Source: an uncultured Candidatus Binatia bacterium
GTDB taxonomy: Bacteria > Desulfobacterota > Binatia > UBA9968 > JAJDTQ01
Direction: 5' to 3'
Assembly (NCBI GenBank): GCA_965242525.1
Contig: OZ251459.1
Span: forward strand, 2,144,001-2,208,000
DNA length: 64,000 nt
The notes under the pieces were generated by a model that worked only from the letters and a program-made list of their open reading frames with translations, was not told where the DNA came from and made no database searches. This document shows positions 9,566-19,370 of the stretch, one piece after another. The translations under genes were made by a program, and so were the position numbers. Each line of letters starts with the position of its first letter. Positions within the stretch are counted from its first letter, which is position 1.

Positions 9566-11202
9566 TTCCGTACAATGTACTGCTAGTCGAGCCCGGATAC
9601 TTCAACAAGTATCCGCCGCTTGGGTTAATGAAGTTGGCAGCATATCATGGCGCTCGCGGTCGTGGCGACCGGGTCCGCTTCGTCAAAGGTGAGGATCGTG
9701 AAGTGTCGCTGGAGTCGTGGGATCGAGTTTATGTAGCTACATTGTTCAGTTTTGAATGGGCGCGTACTGCCGCGGCAATTGATTTTGCCATCCGGACCGT
9801 GCGCGGCCAGACAGAACGGGTATTTGTAGGCGGCATCGCCGCATCGCTTATGCATGAGCACTTTGAGAACGAACCACGATGGTCGGGTGTCCGTTTTATT
9901 AAAGGACTATTGACTGATCCGCCGGCAGTTGCGCTGCGTTTATCAGCAGAAGATTGTGATTTTGGCTTTGACGACCACCAGGGACCCCCTATCGAGGAGT
10001 TGATTCCAGACTACTCCATTCTCGATCAGATCGAATATTCCTATCCTGTCCGAGACGCCTACTTTGGATACGCTTCACGTGGTTGCGTTCGGAAATGTGC
10101 GTTCTGTGGCGTTCCTAAACTGGAAGGCGCTCAGCGCGAAATGCCTTCCCTTACTTCCTTGGTCAAAGGAATCGAAGATGCATACGGACCCAAGAAGGAC
10201 CTGGTGTTGATGGATAATAACGTCACGGCATCCCTGCGATACAAGGAGATAATTGCTGAAATCCGGGATCTCGGCTTCACGCCAGGCGCTAGGCTCGAAC
10301 GCAGTGGGCGACCGCCGATCAAGCGACGCGTGGATTTCAATCAAGGCGTTGACGCGAGGATTCTTGCCAAGTCCCCGCTCTTTCTTAGGGAAATGGCAAA
10401 AATCTGTATCAGTCCTCTTCGTATCGCCTTTGACCACCTTGGGGTACGAAAAGTATATGAGACTTCTGTTCGAATGGCAGCACACCACGGAATCACCTCC
10501 TTATCAAACTATATGCTCTATAACTTTATGGACACTCCCGCAGATCTATACGACCGCATGCGTTTGAATATTACCCTCAATAACGACTTGGGCATCCGTA
10601 TTTGGTCATTTCCGATGCGTTATCAGCCAGTCTATCTCAAGGACCGTTCCCACGTAGGCAAAAATTGGACGAGATACCAACTACGCTCCTTTCAGATTAT
10701 GCTGCAGGCGACTCGAGGGGTTGTTAGCGGCAACCCTTCCTTCTTCATGCGGGCTTACGGAGAAGACAAACGCGACTTCGAACAACTTTTGAGTTTGCCA
10801 CATGCTTTCATTTTTCACCGTGATTACTACGAGAGAGGACCAGGACGAGGCATCCGAGATGACTATGAGACGGCACGACGGCGCCTTTCCAAGTCTCAAG
10901 AACAGGAATTGCTTGGTTTGCTGGAAGGCTCGGACAGTGTACCGGGTTTTCGAAGGGATCGGCTTCGCTCTTTGGTAGCCGACCCTGGCATTGACACATC
11001 TATTCGTAGAGTCATTCGATTTCACTTGCTGGATACAAAAGAGAAACCGCAGAACCCCATTCTGCCGCTCTTCCCCGACCTTAATCCTGATCCAGCTTTC
11101 CCTGACGACGATGAACTTGTCGAGGACGCCGGACTCTTTGATCACGAACACGCCTTGGAACAATCTGAAAAGGCCATCAAAGGAAACCATCATGGTCAAT
11201 GA
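9562..11202 (+). CDS. Radical SAM protein with B12-binding-like N-terminus
   Basis: RGCVRKCAFC (CxxxCxxC), N-term LLVEP..YPPLGLMKL, MDNN, DFNQGVDAR. Confidence 0.85.
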   Translation: MIPYNVLLVEPGYFNKYPPLGLMKLAAYHGARGRGDRVRFVKGEDREVSLESWDRVYVATLFSFEWARTAAAIDFAIRTVRGQTERVFVGGIAASLMHEHFENEPRWSGVRFIKGLLTDPPAVALRLSAEDCDFGFDDHQGPPIEELIPDYSILDQIEYSYPVRDAYFGYASRGCVRKCAFCGVPKLEGAQREMPSLTSLVKGIEDAYGPKKDLVLMDNNVTASLRYKEIIAEIRDLGFTPGARLERSGRPPIKRRVDFNQGVDARILAKSPLFLREMAKICISPLRIAFDHLGVRKVYETSVRMAAHHGITSLSNYMLYNFMDTPADLYDRMRLNITLNNDLGIRIWSFPMRYQPVYLKDRSHVGKNWTRYQLRSFQIMLQATRGVVSGNPSFFMRAYGEDKRDFEQLLSLPHAFIFHRDYYERGPGRGIRDDYETARRRLSKSQEQELLGLLEGSDSVPGFRRDRLRSLVADPGIDTSIRRVIRFHLLDTKEKPQNPILPLFPDLNPDPAFPDDDELVEDAGLFDHEHALEQSEKAIKGNHHGQ

Positions 11203-12700
11203 AGCAAGTGCTATGACGACGACGACACGGCAGTCACTTGACTCGATTGGCAGCGACATTCTCAACCTAATTACCCTTGGAATGTACAATAACCCTCTTG
11301 CCATCTATCGCGAGTACATCCAAAACGCTGCGGATGCGCTTGCACGTTCTGGAAGTCGCACTGACGGCCAAGTGGCAATCCATTTTGACAAGTCCGCATC
11401 GTCCATAACGATTCGAGACACCGGACCAGGCCTATCACCGAAGTCCGCAAGACGCGCACTTTTGCCCATTGCCAAGAGCGAAAAGGAATTCCAGGCTGAA
11501 CGCGGTTTTCGCGGCATCGGTCGCTTGTCCGGACTGGCTTTCGGCAAATCCGTCACCTTTCTTACGCGAGCACGAGGAGACCAGCCAGCAACAAGTGTCA
11601 AATGGGACGGACTGAAACTTCGGACAAACATTGACCAGCGCAAACCGATTGAACGGGTACTCAAGGAAGCTGTTACGGTAGAACCGCTAACAAGACCAGA
11701 TTTCCCGCCACACTTCTTCGAGGTCCAAGTGAACGGTATCGCGCGACACGCAGCGGGACTGATACTCAATCGAGACGCGGTCCGGACGTACATTGGCGAA
11801 GTATGTCCTGTCCCTATTTCCCGATCCTTCCCCTTTGCAACCCGGATCCTCGCTTTATTCCAAGCGGAAGCTCCTTTATTCGCGCTGAACCTTGTCTTGG
11901 ATGGCACCCCCGGCCCTGTCACACGCCCCTTTGACGACGCGATTCGATTTTCGGATGACAAGCTAGACAAGTTCACGGAGTTTCAGGAAATCAGGATCCC
12001 ATCGGTAGACCGAGAAGGACATGCGGCAGTTGGCTGGATTGCACATTCAAATTATTTGGGCGCTATTCCCAAGGAACACGCCATTCGAGGTGTTCGAGCA
12101 CGTGCGGGCAACATACAGATTGGGAACGAAGCTGTCTTTGATCACCTTTTTTCTGACGATCGCTTTAATCGCTGGTGTGTTGGCGAACTCCATATCATGG
12201 ACTCGCGTATCATCCCCAATGCTCGCCGTGACTACTTTGAGCCGGGTCCACACATCCGAAACCTGGAGAACCAGCTTATCGCTGTATTTCGAGAAGTAGT
12301 TGCGCGATGCAGGAAGGCATCCGCAGAACGCAACAGGGAACGAAGGTTGCAGTCCGGATTGCGGGAAATCGAGGATGCTTATCACTTGGCACAATCCGGC
12401 TATTTGTCCATGGGAGATTCTCAAGCCTTGATCGCGCGCGGTCTCAACCGTCTCCAAGACTTCCGGAACAACTGGAGCGAGATGAACGCCTGTGCAAAGA
12501 CGGAATTGGAAAACCTTGAATCGAACCTTCAAAAATTCCAGCCTTCACATAGTCATCTACCCGTGGCTAATTTGTCAAAGTTGGAAGCGGCAACGTACAG
12601 AAAGCTTTTTCACGCTTTGGTAGAGACGTCCCCTTCCCCGCGCATTGCCAAAGAAACAATCGAAGCTGTCCTTGTCCACCTACAGCGCAGGGTCGCATGA
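11192..12700 (+). CDS. GHKL (HSP90/MORC-like) ATPase
   Basis: REYIQNAADA, IRDTGPG, GFRGIGRLSG; ATG 11192 overlaps the radical SAM stop. Confidence 0.82.
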   Translation: MVNEASAMTTTTRQSLDSIGSDILNLITLGMYNNPLAIYREYIQNAADALARSGSRTDGQVAIHFDKSASSITIRDTGPGLSPKSARRALLPIAKSEKEFQAERGFRGIGRLSGLAFGKSVTFLTRARGDQPATSVKWDGLKLRTNIDQRKPIERVLKEAVTVEPLTRPDFPPHFFEVQVNGIARHAAGLILNRDAVRTYIGEVCPVPISRSFPFATRILALFQAEAPLFALNLVLDGTPGPVTRPFDDAIRFSDDKLDKFTEFQEIRIPSVDREGHAAVGWIAHSNYLGAIPKEHAIRGVRARAGNIQIGNEAVFDHLFSDDRFNRWCVGELHIMDSRIIPNARRDYFEPGPHIRNLENQLIAVFREVVARCRKASAERNRERRLQSGLREIEDAYHLAQSGYLSMGDSQALIARGLNRLQDFRNNWSEMNACAKTELENLESNLQKFQPSHSHLPVANLSKLEAATYRKLFHALVETSPSPRIAKETIEAVLVHLQRRVA

Positions 12701-12713
12701 GAGGAAACGGCGT

Positions 12714-14195
12714 TCAGAGTTTCTCTACGCGGCTTGCCCTCGAACGCAGAAAGTTGAAATCGGCGTCGTCACCGACATCCGGCATCGCGAGCAAGCGTTC
12801 GATAAAAGTCTCCGGCTGACGCTGCTTCCGCTGTGTCTTCAAGCCGCCCCGCCATTCCAGCAGGACGACTTCTTCTCGAAGCTGTTCGCCGGTCACCGTC
12901 GAAGGGCGTGTCCGAAAGAGGTCGATGCCCATGACCCGGTAGTGCAACGACCGGGCCAAGTCGGCCAGGAGTCGGCCCGTGGGGATACGGACCCGCAGAT
13001 ACGACGCCTGGTCGCCGACCACGTAGGCGAGCCTGGCCCCCGGCTTGAGGACGGCGCGGAGCGACGCGAGGTGTTTCGCCATGCCGCCGAAGTAGAGCCG
13101 CGTGACGCGCGGATACAACCGCTCGAAGCCGGAGGTCTTGCCCAACTCGATACGGCGCTTCTCGATGGCTTCGGCGATGTCCCGTATCTCGGCATGGTCG
13201 GCAACCTCACGATCGTCCGTGTCCGCCTTATAGACGCCCCGGGTGTTGGACCGGATCAGGTTCCGTTTCATGGACCGCAATTCCTGCCGGTCGCGCACCA
13301 GTCCCAGGATGACGGACTCCAACCGTGTGGTGCGCGTGTAGTCCTTTTCGTTGGGATACGGCGGGGAGGTGATCACGGTATCGACGGACCCCGGCTCCAG
13401 CGCTCGATGGATCGCGCGGGCGTCCGCCTCCACGACCCGGGACGGCGCGTCCGTCCGGCCCTTGAGGAGTTCCAGGTCGCCGACGATGGTTCGGAAGCAG
13501 TCGAGCCAGGCGTCGACGGCCGGCGCGTCGTCCTTGATCCGGCCCACGCCGACTTCGGGACCGAACTTCAGGTTCCCGATGCGCAGCACCAGCGCGTTGG
13601 CAAGCGCCAGGCGGCCATAGGGCCGCAGTTGCGGCCGGTCGTGCCGGTCCATGGCGTCCAGCAGGGTCAGCGTCTTGTGGAGGGGCAGCGGACTGATGGA
13701 GTCCTTCAGCAGCAGTTTCGACCGGTCGGGGGGAAGACCCTGCAACACGGGTGGTCCGCTCCCGTTCGCGGCGAAGAGCGGAAGCCCCGCGGCCTCCCGG
13801 ATGCCCTGCCGTTCCAGCGTCCTTCGCGCCGCCGCCGCAACCCGACGGGAATAGTCCGAAAGCGCCGCCGGGTCGGCCGACCAATCGACCTTCACCGAAC
13901 TCGCAAAAGACCCCATGGGGTTCGACTCGACGCCCACGCTGGGAATGCCGAGTTTCTTGCACTCCACCAACGTCGTGCCCGTGCCGCAGAAGGGGTCCAG
14001 GACCGTATGGGAGCGGTCCACGCCGAGCCGTTCCATGTAGTCCCTTACCAAGTGGGGCGGGAACGACAGGACGAACCGATACCATTGATGGGCCGGACGG
14101 TCTTCAGGCCGCAGCCTGTTCCGGTCGCCTTGGGTTCCGCCGGTGTCGGCAACCGCGGCCCGGCCGCTGCGCGTATCGGAAATCAGATCCGCCAT
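12714..14195 (-). CDS. Amino (probably N4-cytosine) DNA methyltransferase, alpha motif order, no adjacent cognate REase
   Basis: Motif I LDPFCGTGTT precedes motif IV ITSPPYPN; AGGA SD before ATG 14195. Confidence 0.85.
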   Translation of the reverse strand: MADLISDTRSGRAAVADTGGTQGDRNRLRPEDRPAHQWYRFVLSFPPHLVRDYMERLGVDRSHTVLDPFCGTGTTLVECKKLGIPSVGVESNPMGSFASSVKVDWSADPAALSDYSRRVAAAARRTLERQGIREAAGLPLFAANGSGPPVLQGLPPDRSKLLLKDSISPLPLHKTLTLLDAMDRHDRPQLRPYGRLALANALVLRIGNLKFGPEVGVGRIKDDAPAVDAWLDCFRTIVGDLELLKGRTDAPSRVVEADARAIHRALEPGSVDTVITSPPYPNEKDYTRTTRLESVILGLVRDRQELRSMKRNLIRSNTRGVYKADTDDREVADHAEIRDIAEAIEKRRIELGKTSGFERLYPRVTRLYFGGMAKHLASLRAVLKPGARLAYVVGDQASYLRVRIPTGRLLADLARSLHYRVMGIDLFRTRPSTVTGEQLREEVVLLEWRGGLKTQRKQRQPETFIERLLAMPDVGDDADFNFLRSRASRVEKL

Positions 14196-14259
14196 CGGAG
14201 TTCCTGGCCGAACGGGTCGAGGGAGTCCAGCCTTTCCATGGCAACACGTGCGAGAACCG

Positions 14260-14973
14260 TCAGTCCACCGGAACGCAGGTGACCTCCACCCGTCCGTCAC
14301 CGTGCAGTCGAACCGCGTTGACCGTGCCGGCGTAGGTCGGAGACCCCGAGTAGTAGGCGGGCACCCCGTCTTCGCCCACGCGCACGGCGCGGTTCCAGTG
14401 GCCCAGAGCCACGTAGTCGGCGCGGCTGGCGGCCAAGTTCTCCTGCCGGATCAGCCACGAGCCCAGCAGCAGGCCCGCCCGGGGCGCGTCCTCCACGTAA
14501 TGGCCGTGGGCCACCGCCAACTGCCAGCGGGTGCGCCGCTCGGGCGGCTCGGGCAGGGGCATCATGTCCAGGTAGTCCACGTGGGGACGGCCCCATACCT
14601 CCAGGTCCAGCTCGGGGAAGCCGCTCCGGTCCTCGGTGAGGCCCAGCACGCGCACGTTACCCGCGCCGGCGAACTCGGACCGGCGATAGACCGAATCAGG
14701 AGTCAGGGGGTCGTGGTTGCCCGGCAGGACCACGATGGGGAGGCCGGAGTCGGCCATGACTCCGGCCGCGTCCTCGATGAACCGGGGACCCTGGCGGTTG
14801 TGGTCGAAGGTGTCCCCCGCCAGGATCACCAAGTCGGCGCCCTGGGCGCTCGCAATCGAGAGCACCTGTTGCAGCACCGGCAGGTTGCCGGAATCGTCTT
14901 CGTTCAGGACGCTGTCCGCGCCCAGGTGGAGGTCCGATGTGTGGACGACGAGGACTTCACGCGGTGCGTTCAT
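14260..14973 (-). CDS. Metallophosphoesterase, SbcD/Mre11-like
   Basis: SDLHLG, AGDTFD, PGNHD, AHGH, LGHWN, YSGSP. Confidence 0.8.
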   Translation of the reverse strand: MNAPREVLVVHTSDLHLGADSVLNEDDSGNLPVLQQVLSIASAQGADLVILAGDTFDHNRQGPRFIEDAAGVMADSGLPIVVLPGNHDPLTPDSVYRRSEFAGAGNVRVLGLTEDRSGFPELDLEVWGRPHVDYLDMMPLPEPPERRTRWQLAVAHGHYVEDAPRAGLLLGSWLIRQENLAASRADYVALGHWNRAVRVGEDGVPAYYSGSPTYAGTVNAVRLHGDGRVEVTCVPVD

Positions 14974-15175
14974 GCTGGCGGTTTCTCCCTTCCCGGTGCG
15001 CCGCGGCCTGCGGGGACGCGGCTCCGCGGGCCGCAAGCGCGTCCGTCCCGGGGGCCTGGACCCGCCGGACACCGAGGGCCTGCCGGACGGAGGCGCCCTC
15101 TTCCAACGGCATGTGGTCGGGAGCCCTGGCGCCGGCTGCGGGACGGAAACCGCTGCGGAAGGCCTGCGGCCCGGG

Positions 15176-16198
15176 CTACTTCATCAACTCGGCGTTGATC
15201 CGGTCGAGTTGGAGCTGGGACGGCTGCACCGCGTCCTGGGTCAGATACGCCAGGGGCGTGTCGCAGAGGTTCAGGTCCTCCACGAACTCCGGCCGCTCTT
15301 CATCCAGGTAGATGAGGCCGGTCAGGAACTTGCGCTCGGCCACCGCGGCGTGGAGCGCCGTCACCGCCTGCATCCGGTTGGTGGGGTCGTAGTTGCGTCC
15401 GAGCTTGTGCAGCGTCACGCGGGAACCGTCGTGGAGCGTGACCTCCTGGTCGGTCCCCTCCTCGTAGTCCACCTCGATGTTCTCGTACGGCGGAATGAAG
15501 TCGATGTCGTGGAGCGGGTCCAGGTGCTCCCGGATGTACTTGAGGCTCTTGGTGGAGCCGTGATGGTCGTTGAACGTGACGCAGGGGCTCAGCACGTCGA
15601 GGATGGCGCTCCCCTTGTGGGCCACCGCGCCCTGGATCAGGGGCGCGAGCTGCTTCCGGTCCCCGGAGAAGCTCCGGGCCACGTAGGTGGCGCCCAGGGT
15701 GATGGCCAGCTCGCACAGGTCGATGGCGGGCATGTCGTTGATCTTGCCGCCCTTCATCACCGTGCCCTCGTCCGCGGTGGCCGAGAACTGGCCCTTGGTC
15801 AGGCCGTACACGCCGTTGTTCTCGATGACGTAGGTGATATTCACGTTGCGGCGCATCATGTGGCAGAAGTTCCCCAGCCCGATGGCCGAGGTGTCGCCGT
15901 CGCCGGAGATGCCCAGAGGGATCATCCCGTGGTTGGCCACGTTGGCCCCGGTGGCCACCGACGACATCCGCCCGTGCACCGCGTTGATGCCGAAGGCCTG
16001 GTTCATGAAGTAGTTGGGGGTCTTGGACGAGCAGCCGATGCCGCTCAGCTTGATCACGTTGCGCGGGTCCACGCTGCTGGCGAAGAACGCGCGCATGATG
16101 GACGCGGAGATGGCGTCATGGCCGCAGCCGCGGCACATGGTGGATTCCGCCCCCTTGTAGTCCTTTTCCGTCAGATCGACGCGATTTGCTTTTGCCAT
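15176..16198 (-). CDS. korB: 2-oxoacid:ferredoxin oxidoreductase beta subunit
   Basis: CRGCGH, SGIGCSSK, HGR, TPP motif GDGD..ENNGVYGLTKGQ; substrate specificity not determinable. Confidence 0.9.
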   Translation of the reverse strand: MAKANRVDLTEKDYKGAESTMCRGCGHDAISASIMRAFFASSVDPRNVIKLSGIGCSSKTPNYFMNQAFGINAVHGRMSSVATGANVANHGMIPLGISGDGDTSAIGLGNFCHMMRRNVNITYVIENNGVYGLTKGQFSATADEGTVMKGGKINDMPAIDLCELAITLGATYVARSFSGDRKQLAPLIQGAVAHKGSAILDVLSPCVTFNDHHGSTKSLKYIREHLDPLHDIDFIPPYENIEVDYEEGTDQEVTLHDGSRVTLHKLGRNYDPTNRMQAVTALHAAVAERKFLTGLIYLDEERPEFVEDLNLCDTPLAYLTQDAVQPSQLQLDRINAELMK

Positions 16199-18021
16199 GG
16201 CTCGTCCACCTTCGTTTCGATTTCCTCTTCGGTCGTCTCCCGATGCTCCCGGATCTGCCGGACGATCTCGCCCGCGGTGGCGGGGAGGCCGTCGTAGATC
16301 AGCACGCTCACGATCCTCGTGGCGAACTCCGGGTACTCCTCCTTGAAGATCGCCGCCATCTGCGCGTCCCGGTTCTGCTCCATGAGATAGACCACCTCAT
16401 GCGACGCCAGGAACTCCCCGACCTCTTCCGTCAGGGGCAACGCCCTGAGCAGCAGGTGGTCGGTCTCCACCCCCGCAGCCCGAAGCCGGTCCCGGGCCTC
16501 CCGCACCGCCTCGTAGCTCGACCCGAAGCAGACCACGCCGGTGTTCACGCCCGGGCGGCTCTCCACCCACGGCTTGGGCACGAAACCGCGGGCGGTCTCG
16601 TGCTTGAGCCGCAGCCGGTCCAGGGTCTCCTTGTAGTCCTTCTCGTCTTCCGAGTAGCGCGCCTGGGCGTCATGCCCCGAGCCCCGGGCGAAGTAGGCCG
16701 CCTGGGGATGGCGGTTGCCGGGGATGGTGCGCTGGGGCACGCCGTCGCCGTCCACGTCCCGGTACCGCCCGAACCCTCCCTGCTTCTCGATGTCCTCGGC
16801 GCTCACGAGCTTGCCCCGGTCGAAGGGCTCCTGCAGCAGTTCCAGCGGGTCGGAACCCCAGAGGTTCATGCCCAGGTCCAGGTCCATCATGACGAACACC
16901 GGGGTCTGGAACCGGTCCGCCAGGTCGAAGCTCCGGCGCCCCAGGTCGAAGCACGACTTCATGTCGTGGGGGATCAGGACGATGTGGCGCGTGTCGCCGT
17001 GGGAGGCCAGGTGCATCAGGTGGATGTCGGCCTGCTGGGTGCGGGTGGGAAGCCCGGTGGAAGGGCCGCCGCGCTGGATGATGAAATAGACTCCGGGGAT
17101 CTCGGCGAAGTACTGGAGGCCGATGGTCTCGTTCATCAGCGACAGGCCGGGGCCGGAGGTGGAGGTCATGGCCCTGGCGCCCATCCAGCCCGCGCCCGCC
17201 ACCATGTTGGTGGCGCTGATCTCGTCCTCGGCCTGGATCACCGCATAGGTGGCCTTGCCGTCGTCGTCCTTGCGCAACCGCGGCAGGTACCGTTCCAGCG
17301 CCTCGGCCAGGGAGCTGGACGGGGTGATGGGGTACCAGGCCACGAACGTGACCCCGCCGTAGATGGCCCCGATGGCGCAGGCGGTGTTGCCCTCGGTGAC
17401 GATCTTCCCCTTGTTGCCGTCCGGGATCTGCTCCAGCATGGCGATGGACTGGCTCGAACCGTTGTCGCGCATGTGGTCGTAACCGAGCTCGATGCAGAGC
17501 AGGTTGGACTCGATGACCGCGGGCTTGTTGCCGAAGGTGTCGCTCAACACCGCGCGGATGGTCTCCATGTCGATGCCGAACAGGTAGGCCAGCGCTCCCA
17601 CATAGACCATGTTGCGCTGCTTGGCCCTGAGCGGACCCGCCTCCACGTGTTTCTGCACGAGGCCGTTGGCCGGGACCCCGAGGTACTGCACGCCGCCGCG
17701 CTTCAGGGAGTCGGGCAACGGCTTGGTGTCGTCGTAGAGGATCAGGCCGCCGTCCCGGACCCGGTAGATGTCCTTGTCCGCGGTGTCGTCGTTGAACATC
17801 ACCATGACGTCGATCACGTCCTTCCGCCCGAGGTAGCCGTCGGCGTTGGCCCGGATCTGGTACCAGGTGGGCAGGCCCTGGATGTTGGACGGGAACATGT
17901 TCTTGGAGGAGCACGGGATCCCCATCTTGAATATGGACTTGAACAGGATGTTGTTGGACGAAGCGCTTCCCGAACCGTTGGCGGTAGCGACGCAGATGCT
18001 GAGATCGTTGACCACGGGCAT
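16171..18021 (-). CDS. korA: 2-oxoacid:acceptor oxidoreductase alpha subunit (gamma-alpha fusion)
   Basis: WYPITPSS, QAEDEI, TSTSGPGLSLM, QRGGPSTGLPT. Confidence 0.9.
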   Translation of the reverse strand: MPVVNDLSICVATANGSGSASSNNILFKSIFKMGIPCSSKNMFPSNIQGLPTWYQIRANADGYLGRKDVIDVMVMFNDDTADKDIYRVRDGGLILYDDTKPLPDSLKRGGVQYLGVPANGLVQKHVEAGPLRAKQRNMVYVGALAYLFGIDMETIRAVLSDTFGNKPAVIESNLLCIELGYDHMRDNGSSQSIAMLEQIPDGNKGKIVTEGNTACAIGAIYGGVTFVAWYPITPSSSLAEALERYLPRLRKDDDGKATYAVIQAEDEISATNMVAGAGWMGARAMTSTSGPGLSLMNETIGLQYFAEIPGVYFIIQRGGPSTGLPTRTQQADIHLMHLASHGDTRHIVLIPHDMKSCFDLGRRSFDLADRFQTPVFVMMDLDLGMNLWGSDPLELLQEPFDRGKLVSAEDIEKQGGFGRYRDVDGDGVPQRTIPGNRHPQAAYFARGSGHDAQARYSEDEKDYKETLDRLRLKHETARGFVPKPWVESRPGVNTGVVCFGSSYEAVREARDRLRAAGVETDHLLLRALPLTEEVGEFLASHEVVYLMEQNRDAQMAAIFKEEYPEFATRIVSVLIYDGLPATAGEIVRQIREHRETTEEEIETKVDEPWQKQIASI

Positions 18022-18169
18022 TTCCTTCTCCAGGGTTGTTTCGGGAGACAGATTCTTGACGGGTCCCTATTGTACCAACACAACGTAGCCTTAACAAGGA
18101 CTTAACCGTTGCCCCGAGGACTTTGCCGCTCCTCGGGCCGGGGGATGCGGCGACCCGACGGCCTCCTCC

Positions 18170-19030
18170 CTATCCCGGCGTGTAGTTCTGGTCGGACTCC
18201 CAGAACTCCTCGATCTCCTTCCATGCCTTGCGCACCACGTCGTCGATGTCGAGCGCCTTGGCGTACTGGAGCACGTCGCCCATGGTCACGATGCCGGTCA
18301 GGTCGCCGCCCTCGCCGGCCACCGGCATGTGCCGGAACCCGTTGTCGCGCATCTTCGCCAGCACTTCCTGGACCGGCGACGCGGGGGCCATGACCAGCGG
18401 GTCGGGCGTCATCACCTCGGCCACCGGCACCTGCCCCATGTCCCTGTCTTCCAGGGCGACCCGGGTGAGCACGTCCCGCTCGGTGAAGATGCCGCGGACC
18501 TTGCCCTCCGCGGAGACCATGACGCAACCCGTCCGGCCGCGCGCCAGCCTGTCGATGACCTCGGTCACCGGCGTGCCCGCGTCCACCGTGGGCACCGCGC
18601 CGGACACCACCTCCCCCACCGTCCGGGTGTCGCGCAGGTCGGCGCCCAACTCCACCACCAGGTTGAGTATCCGCCGCATGGAGACCAGGCCCGCGGTGCG
18701 GCGATCGTCGTCATAGACCAGCAGGTGCCGGGACCGGCCCTTGTACATCATGCCCAGCACATCGACGATGGGCGTCCGCTCCGGCACCCCGGGAAGCGGC
18801 GTGGTCATGACCCGGCGCACGGGGGTCTTGTGGACGTCGAGGGTCCGGTTCATCACCCGCCGCAGGACGTCCTGCTCGGTGAAGATGCCGGACGGCTCGT
18901 CGCCCTCGGTGACGACCACGCGCCCCACCCGGCGATCCACCATGAGCCGGGTCGCTTCCCGTACGGTGCTCGACGGCTCGGCCGTGATGATCGAGCGCGT
19001 CATGATCTCGCTTACCCTGTTGGTCAGCAT
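18170..19030 (-). CDS. Tandem CBS-domain protein (4 CBS)
   Basis: Repeated GIFTEQD/GIFTERD, VMT, FRHMPV. Confidence 0.85.
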   Translation of the reverse strand: MLTNRVSEIMTRSIITAEPSSTVREATRLMVDRRVGRVVVTEGDEPSGIFTEQDVLRRVMNRTLDVHKTPVRRVMTTPLPGVPERTPIVDVLGMMYKGRSRHLLVYDDDRRTAGLVSMRRILNLVVELGADLRDTRTVGEVVSGAVPTVDAGTPVTEVIDRLARGRTGCVMVSAEGKVRGIFTERDVLTRVALEDRDMGQVPVAEVMTPDPLVMAPASPVQEVLAKMRDNGFRHMPVAGEGGDLTGIVTMGDVLQYAKALDIDDVVRKAWKEIEEFWESDQNYTPG

Positions 19031-19109
19031 GGAAAACCTCCTTGGCGCCCTGCGCGGCCCCGCGGTCGCCGGGGACCGAAGCGTTGCCTCCGGCCGCGTA
19101 TCATACTAA

Positions 19110-19303
19110 GGAACCTCTGGACAATCGGTACAGGCGACATGAGCGCGTCCTTCGACTCCGCTTCGCTACGCTCAGGACGAACGGGGATAGCTCCGCTTCG
19201 CTCAGGACGAACAGGGAGAGATCCTCTACGCTCAGGACGAACGGGGATAGGAGTGTCAGGGTGAGGGAATCCATCCTGGATGTCTCGATTCTTCACAGGC
19301 TCC
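19110..19303 (+). mobile_element. MITE family 1, copy A (194 bp, 3 internal units)
   Basis: TIRs GGAACCTCTGGACAATCG / CGATTCTTCACAGGCTCC; flanks CTAA/CTGA; core CCTTCGACTCCGCTTCGCTACGCTCAGGACGAACGG. Confidence 0.8.
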
Positions 19304-19370
19304 CTGATTGTAGTGCCCATCGCGCGCGACGCCAAGCATAAACACGGCAAGCCGTCTTCCGCAATTTCCC

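Noticed and set aside
9562-11202. Prokaryotic viperin
   Set aside because: Much longer than viperins, has a B12-like N-terminal domain, and lacks recognisable viperin motifs
5586-12700. Dnd/Dpd/BREX/DISARM or parAB partition locus
   Set aside because: No DndC/DpdA/PglZ/DrmA-type genes and no ParA recognisable
19024-19350. Short ORFs made of MITE sequence (also 31808-32290, 55239-55742, 61881-62099)
   Set aside because: Open only because the element is stop-poor; no independent evidence that they are genes
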